Part shown: one piece after another, positions 20,024 to 26,109 of the stretch | Numbering within the stretch: position 1 is the first letter of the stretch | How the letters are laid out: the number at the start of each line of letters is the position of its first letter | DNA from: Paraspadella gotoi | Lineage: Eukaryota; Animalia; Chaetognatha | DNA length: 26,109 nt | Direction of reading: 5' to 3' | NCBI GenBank assembly: GCA_051294375.1 | Contig: JBJCIZ010000861.1 | Coordinates: 1 to 26,109 of the forward strand | Notes under the pieces: generated by a model | Databases searched by the model: none | What the model was told of the DNA's origin: nothing | The model's input: only the letters and a program-made list of their open reading frames with translations | Made by a program: the position numbers and the translations under genes

Positions 20024-21953
20024 CTCCCTCCCTACCATTCTTTCTTTCTCATTCCCTTCCCATAAACCCAGGGCGAGTCGTCCTCGCTCGTGCAAAAATG
20101 AAGTGCGGTTTTCGAGTCTCAAAGTCATTATGGTTTTTAAACTCAAAATTCTTTCTGTCAAAAAATTGTTTGTCAAAATTAGGATCAGTCAAAATTCTGT
20201 CTTTCAAAAGATTGTCAGTCAAATTCTGTCAAAAAATCTGATTTTCGAAACGTTTGTCAAAAAACAGGACCGTTAATTCCAATGTGTTGCGTCGCAATGA
20301 CTATATTTTCATGTGTATTTCCATTTGATCACATGATATGACATGACATGACATGATTAAAAAACTTTATTTATGTCATGCGCTGCGTCAAAATTTTAGG
20401 TTTTTTCTGTCTTAACAAATGAGAATTCAACTATAGGACCGACCGAAAAGTGACTTATAGAGTTTCTCCGCGAGTACTGGCGGCGCAACTAAAAACAAAC
20501 AAAAAAATACTATCATTTAAAAATCAAAGAAAAATAAAAAAAATCAATGACAAATTTGGCAAATTTAAGTCCCACCGCATTTAACGAGTCGAAAATGAAC
20601 GTGTTGACGATATGGAAAAAGTCAGTTCAGTCAGAAAGTGCTGAAGCCCTAACGCTTCTGCCACATCCATGGTCAAAGGAAAAAAGATCCAGCCTGTCAC
20701 CCTCGATCACACCTCGGCTCGTCAGCCACGTGCTGGAAGACGTTACCGTCACATCCTGAAAAGGGGAGCAAAAATAAGTAATTCGATCTTTTTCCATTTC
20801 AACGGAACTATGGAGATGGAACCGAGATGGAACCGAGATGGAACCGCCATGATAATGGTGGGACTAACGAGCGGCGGCTCAACCCGCGATTCTCGAGGAT
20901 CAAAGCGAAGGTAGTCACGAAAAGTTATGATAATGGCCGGGCGTCCAATCGGCGGCGGTGGGTGGCGGGATTGGACGAGTGGAGTGTCGGCCGAAGTGGT
21001 TGATGGTTTTGGGAAGGTGGGAATAGGGAAAGAATGACCAGACTGGAAATACCGAGACCGTGGACACTTTGTGGTCTAGGATGTGGGAAAAGGGGCGGAA
21101 GGAGTTAAAACAAATATTGTTAATGTGAAAAAAAACCGTTAATAAACGTCGCGATTAGAGAAAGTCTATCAAAGAGTGAATGAGGAGATGAGTCTGAGAC
21201 TCTGATGCGCTAAGAGGTAAGCATATGGAGTCGTAGCGGAGTGGTAAGGTAGCAAATGGAGTCTCCGAGAGACGCCGAACGAGGATGGCGAAATTTGTGA
21301 GATGAAAAGAAAGATGAAAGGTTGAGAAAAAGGAAATATGGAAGGGAAGAGAAAATGAGAATAGGGAGGAGTAAAGGAATGGATGGATGAATAGAAATTA
21401 AGGAAAAGAAGGAAGAAGAAAAAAAGAGGAGAAGAGAAAAGGAGATGATCAATGGAAATGAATGAAAAGAGAAAAGATGGAAAAAGGAGAATAAAAAATC
21501 AATAAAAACCTAAAATCTCATTGGCGACTTAAATAATGTTTTCTTTCTAATTTTACGATCTTTAATGAACACATTAACAATATTTATACCGGACTTCTCT
21601 TAATTTCTGACCTGTTCCGCCTAAGTGACTATCGTCGACGGAGGCTTGAATTTTCAATAATGACCAATAGTTGACCTTACATAATTTCCATTACATCCGG
21701 GTTCTACTCGACACTTGCTCTCCGATTCCCTCTCGATTTCCGGCGCATGACTCCCCCGCCCTTTGAGTCTCTCGACCTTAAAATAATCTATCATGACCAT
21801 AGATTATGGTATTAAAATATTTTTTTTCAAAAATGCTTTCTTCTGAGGGTACTCGCCTAATTAAAAATATTATATTACTATATAGTATAACGTTGAATAT
21901 TTTTCTTAAAATTTTTTGATAGAGCATAAAAAGTTAAACAAGAAATATAATTA
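19566..21953 (+). repeat. Block A', copy 2 of the direct duplication
   Basis: Matches 13356-15733 and diverges from it after AGAAATATAATTA. Confidence 0.97.
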
Positions 21954-22679
21954 AGAGAGAGATTTTGACCCGCCTCAATTTAAAAGAGATGTTTCGATCG
22001 CTATTTAGTTTTTCTGGTTAAAATCTTACAAATACTGTTTTGCCAAGAAAAGAAAATATTTGCTGTACAGAGAAAAGTCTTATATTTTTATTATCGACAT
22101 TTTCTCTAGAAAACAGTTCGACAGGTGAACCACGAACGCCACAAACACTTTTTTACATACGACTATTCTATAAAACATATGCACCACAACCATCTTATGG
22201 TTAATCATTTATAAAGTATAACTATGTATTAGATAATTTATATCACGTTTGACCTTTTGATTAAAGGACCTAATTGTATAGTATCTAAAAAGTTTTGGTT
22301 TTCGTATTTAAAATATAAGTGGGACAGACAAACAGACAGACCGACCAAGGCAACCTCAATGTGATTGTAAAGTTAAGCAGCGAATATCCACTAAGCAAGT
22401 AATAAACTTTTTTATATCAATTTGATTGATATAATTTAAGCTTTTTTATTTTCTATATAAAAGAGTGAGGAAAAAGACATTCTTTTCTATAGGAGAAAGG
22501 AAGAGCAACTTTTGTACGTGTAATTTTATTCGGCTGAGACAACCATTTTTCGATGTACTAATCACAACGTATTACGTAATTTTTTAAAAAAATTAATGGT
22601 TAAATATACGTCAAAACTCTAAAATATTGCTGATAACCCCATATTTAAAAATTAAAACCATAGTGGTTCCCTACTAGAA

Positions 22680-24868
22680 CCGGAGCAAAACGTTGCATCA
22701 CAATGGATTCCTCAGATTTGGCCGTTGGAGCAGTGCTGGAGCAGAGAGGCCCAAAAGGATGGGAGCCTCTGGCCTTTTTCTTGGCCAAGCTCGCCAAAAA
22801 ACAACGCTTATGGCCTCCGTTCGATAAAGAACTTTTCGGCGCCTTCAAAGCTGTCCGCCAATTCAGGCACTGGGTTGAAGGTAGATCATTTACCTTGTGA
22901 CGGCGATTCGAAAGAAAGCAGAGTCTCAGACCGTTCGTCAGTCGTATCAGCTCTCAGTGATCGCTGACGTGCATTAATTTAAAAAGTAAGGCGAACGTTG
23001 TGGCCGACGCCCTCTTGCGGCCAAACTCAACGTCAAATTCGGCGCCAACGAAACCGTCAATAACGTCATCAAACACCAGATCGTCGATGACGTCGATAAT
23101 GATGAACAGCAGTAGCAATAGCATCACTAACAGCAGCAGTGGCGCCAGCGGCAGCTACAGCAGCGTCAATATCAATGATGACACCTCAGATGACGATGAC
23201 GACGACAACGTCACTGGACAACGGGAAAGAAAGAGAATTTACATCGGCAATGGAGTACGACTCGATGGAAAACGCGAATTCAAAAAATCTGGAAAACTCG
23301 AAAGAAAAATTGATAAAACTAAATCGACTCGAAGACACTCAGGCGGTAATTGCATCGCTAACTAGTTTCGAAACCAATTTCGAGCAAATGGCTCAAGAAC
23401 AAGTTCTCGACCCAGATTACCAGAGAATCGCGGAAGAAGCAAGGTCAGACCTTCAAATGAACCTGCCGTCTATTCGTACCGGGCGTCATGGCGAAGAAAA
23501 ATATTCAACGTTATACATGGATTAGGGCACCAGGCGTGGACGCGCAAGAAAAGCCGTCTCCGCAAAATTTGTTTGGAATAACATGCGTCAAGATGTTTCA
23601 AAGTGGGACAGGGACTGTCTAGATTGCCAGAGGGCAAAAGTAACATGCCACTGTTTCTTAAGATGGCCGGCTGCCATCCAATTCCAACACCCTCACTTCA
23701 ACGATCTTAGACGCTTTTGAGCCTCGAGGGATAAGTGTATTCGATACCCCGTCTGTAATCACTACAGACAGGGGAACACAATTCAACTCTGCTTTGTGGA
23801 GACAACTGATGAAACAATGGGGATAAAGCATCATAAAGCATCAGCTTTCACAGGCAACTCAAAGAATCGCTCATCGCCTTAGCAAAGAAAAAATCGAGAC
23901 AAATGGTTTTGGAAATTGCCGATGACTCTTCTAGCGATAAGAACAACGATAAAAGAAGACATCGGCGCATCAGCGGCGGGACATGGTCTTTGGGGAAGGC
24001 ATTAGCGTCCCCGATGCATCTTCAATGACTTTCACTCGACAACGCAGCCTTACAACAACAACAACAACTTTCGAATCTTAGAGTCAAAGTGGCACACACC
24101 CAGCCGACGGTGACATCCGCTCATCAAAAACCCGTTATCCATCTCCCGACACCGCTCAACATGTTTTTGTCAGGCGAGCAGGCGTTAACCCTCCACTTAT
24201 ATGTAGTGATTGCAACGGCCTTAATGTCACCATCAAAATCCCAAGTAAAGGCCACGAAACGCTAAACATCGCCCACGTCAAACCAGCGTGGGTTTCCGAC
24301 GAGACGTTGGAGGTTGATCAGGGACATCCTCAGCGACGCCCAGCAGGCGCCAGCCCGCCTACGAACGAGGACGCCGGCAGAAACAACTCGGACAACTCGT
24401 TCAATATATTCAACGCGCAGCGTCGCCCGAACCGGTTCCTCCTCCTCCTCCTCCTTCCCCCTCTCACTCCCAACCACCCACCTTCCCCCCGACCCACTCT
24501 CCTCCCCTTTACGTTTTTCCTCTCCTCCTCTCTGCTCAGCCTCCACGCGAGACGAGTCAATTCCCAGAAGCGAGAAGAGAGAATCAACAACAACAACAAC
24601 AACGAAAAAGGAAAAAAACGAACAAACGATCAAAAGATTCTCAAAACCAACGCCAGAGAACTTTTCTAGCAGGATGCCAATCACGAATCACCACACTTTG
24701 TCGTTCTCAAGGAGATGCTTCGACGTCAAAAAATACAGAATGACTACAACAACAACGACGAAGAACAAAAATAAAATCCCCCTGTCGACCTCATCGACAG
24801 TCAGAGCATCTTCGTCCCAGCATCCTCGGTCTTCCTCCCGTCTCCTCGCTCCGACTGTCAATATTACA
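22680..24868 (+). pseudogene. pol: Ty3/Gypsy retrotransposon pol remnant (RNase H-like + integrase), copy in B'
   Basis: RNase H-like DSSDLAVGAVLEQ..WEPLAFF..DKELFGAFKAVRQFRHWVEGRSF (22703-22895) and KANVVADALLR (~22988-23020). Zinc finger HGLGH..W..CLDC (~23516-23627), core TTDRGTQFNSALW (from 23761), then KLPMTLLAIRTTIKEDIGASAA, HVFVRR and ETLNIAHVKPAW. The RH-then-INT order fits Ty3/Gypsy. No gag, protease or RT is present, and there are many frameshifts. Confidence 0.93.
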
Positions 24869-25094
24869 TCGTTACCCATAGTGTTTTTGTATTTTGTAAA
24901 ATTTTTGTTGTTGTTATTTTGGAAATTTTTCAATTTTAGATTTTGTGAAATTTTATTTTTCGTTGCACATTTTAAACCGGTCTTTATATATTACTATATA
25001 TTTATTATCAACATACTTTCAGTCACACAAGATGGACGACAACATTTTTGTTTAATATATTTAACCATATATTACAACAGGGGGGCATGCGGCC

Positions 25095-25211
25095 ACTTGA
25101 GCGAATCAGATCTTTTATAAAAATAATTCATCCATGGTTGGATTTGAACCGTCAAACTCAAGTTCTGAGTGACTCGAGCTACAGCTCTGGGCCACTCAGA
25201 CGGCCCTGATT
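25095..25211 (-). ncRNA. Structured element, paralogue 1, duplicate copy in B'
   Basis: Reverse complement of 16635-16750. It follows PPT 25079-25085 and TG at 25088. Confidence 0.55.
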
Positions 25212-25293
25212 TCTCAGCAATTTTGTTTTCATTTAAAGCTTTAAATCTCGATTTAGAAATCTTTTGTTTTTCTTAAAACAGTTGCTCTGTTCA

Positions 25294-25958
25294 CCAAAAG
25301 ATGTCTTTGGTTTTTAAAGTTTTAAATAGGTTTAGATTCTCTGAGGAATCAGGGCCGTCTGGATGGCTCTGGATTGTAACTCAGGTCGTCCAGAGCTTGA
25401 GTTCGATGGTTCGAATCCCATAAGTGGAGGAATTATTTCTGTAATAGATTTGATTCACTCGAGCGGCTCCATGCCCCCCGTTATAATATATGGTGTGATT
25501 GAACAGAATGTTGATAAATAATATAGTAATGCTACTAAAATAAAAAAACCGGTTTTAAACATGCAAAAATACCAAAATTACACAAATTTGAAAAATACCA
25601 AAATAAATAAAAAACTGTATAATATAATATAAAATAAGTGTACAATTGACAGTTGGAGCACGGAGACGGGAGGAAGACCGGAGGATGCCGGAGAAGAAGC
25701 TCCAACTGTCAATTAGGTCAACAGGGGGTTTTATTATTTCAATGTTGTTGTTGTCGTTGAACTTCTTTTGTCTCTTCAGCATCTCTTTGAGGACGACTGA
25801 GTAGGCTGGTCGATTACTATTGGGCATCCATGTTGTCGGCTTGTTTGTCATTGTTGGCTCATTCCCATCTTTTTCATTGTTGTTGTTGTTCTTTTTGCTC
25901 TTTTCTTCTTCGTTCGGACCCGTCTTGCGTGGAGGCTGCAGAGAAGAGGAAGGAAAGA
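25294..25958 (-). mobile_element. 3' fragment of the second Gypsy-family element, duplicate copy in B'
   Basis: Reverse complement of 15886-16552. ORF 25555-26034 covers its pol tail. Confidence 0.75.
25346..25464 (+). ncRNA. Structured element, paralogue 2, duplicate copy in B', with B-box-like GGTTCGAATCC
   Basis: Reverse complement of 16385-16502 with small differences that are probably read errors. Confidence 0.55.
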
Positions 25959-26109
25959 AGCAAAGAAAAATCGAGACAAATGGTTTTGGAAATTGCCGAT
26001 GACTCTTCTCGCGATAAAATAGGGGTAGCCGCACTCAAATGGGGTGAGTCAAAAATTTAGAGTGAGTACAAGCTCAAACGTAAGAAAACGTAAGAATTTT
26101 TAAAAGCTG

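Larger units (their letters stand above)
22298..26109 (+). repeat. Block B', right arm of the inverted duplication
   Basis: Reverse complement of 15734-19540, ending at the last base of the window. Confidence 0.97.

Noticed and set aside
20627-20760. Possible minus-strand terminal exon after CCCCTTTTCAG (DVTVTSSSTWLTSRG..)
   Set aside because: No recognisable homology, and the frame differs between copies A and A'.
22680-24868. Intact or domesticated integrase gene, or a Ginger DNA transposon
   Set aside because: The RNase H-like domain and a PPT indicate an LTR retrotransposon, and catalytic segments are deleted in both copies.

Overview
Eukaryotic (probably invertebrate) draft-assembly sequence, AT-rich and full of (AG)n/(CT)n/(TTTC)n microsatellites. 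It has six N-gaps, three of exactly 25 N, and an indel pattern typical of noisy long-read gap filling. Nearly all ORFs in the supplied track are low-complexity artefacts, and no intact host gene is recognisable. The left end holds two partial minus-strand tRNA genes (Tyr-GTA 5' half, Asp-GTC 3' part) on either side of a gap. The right half is one rearranged duplication: A (13356-15733) + B (15734-19540) + 25N + A' (19566-21953) + unique U (21954-22297) + B' (22298-26109, the reverse complement of B). The same ~4.2 kb segment therefore joins A at the same base in both orientations. B/B' carries a degraded Ty3/Gypsy pol (RNase H-like domain, long low-complexity linker, H2C2 zinc finger, integrase core, C-terminal tail) lying tail-to-tail against the 3' end of a diverged second family member. 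The most notable signal lies just after the polypurine tract of both elements: a ~116-nt module that folds on the strand antisense to pol into a multi-helix structure. It shows five double compensatory substitutions between the two paralogues and a Pol III B-box-like motif, and I cannot assign it to a known RNA family.
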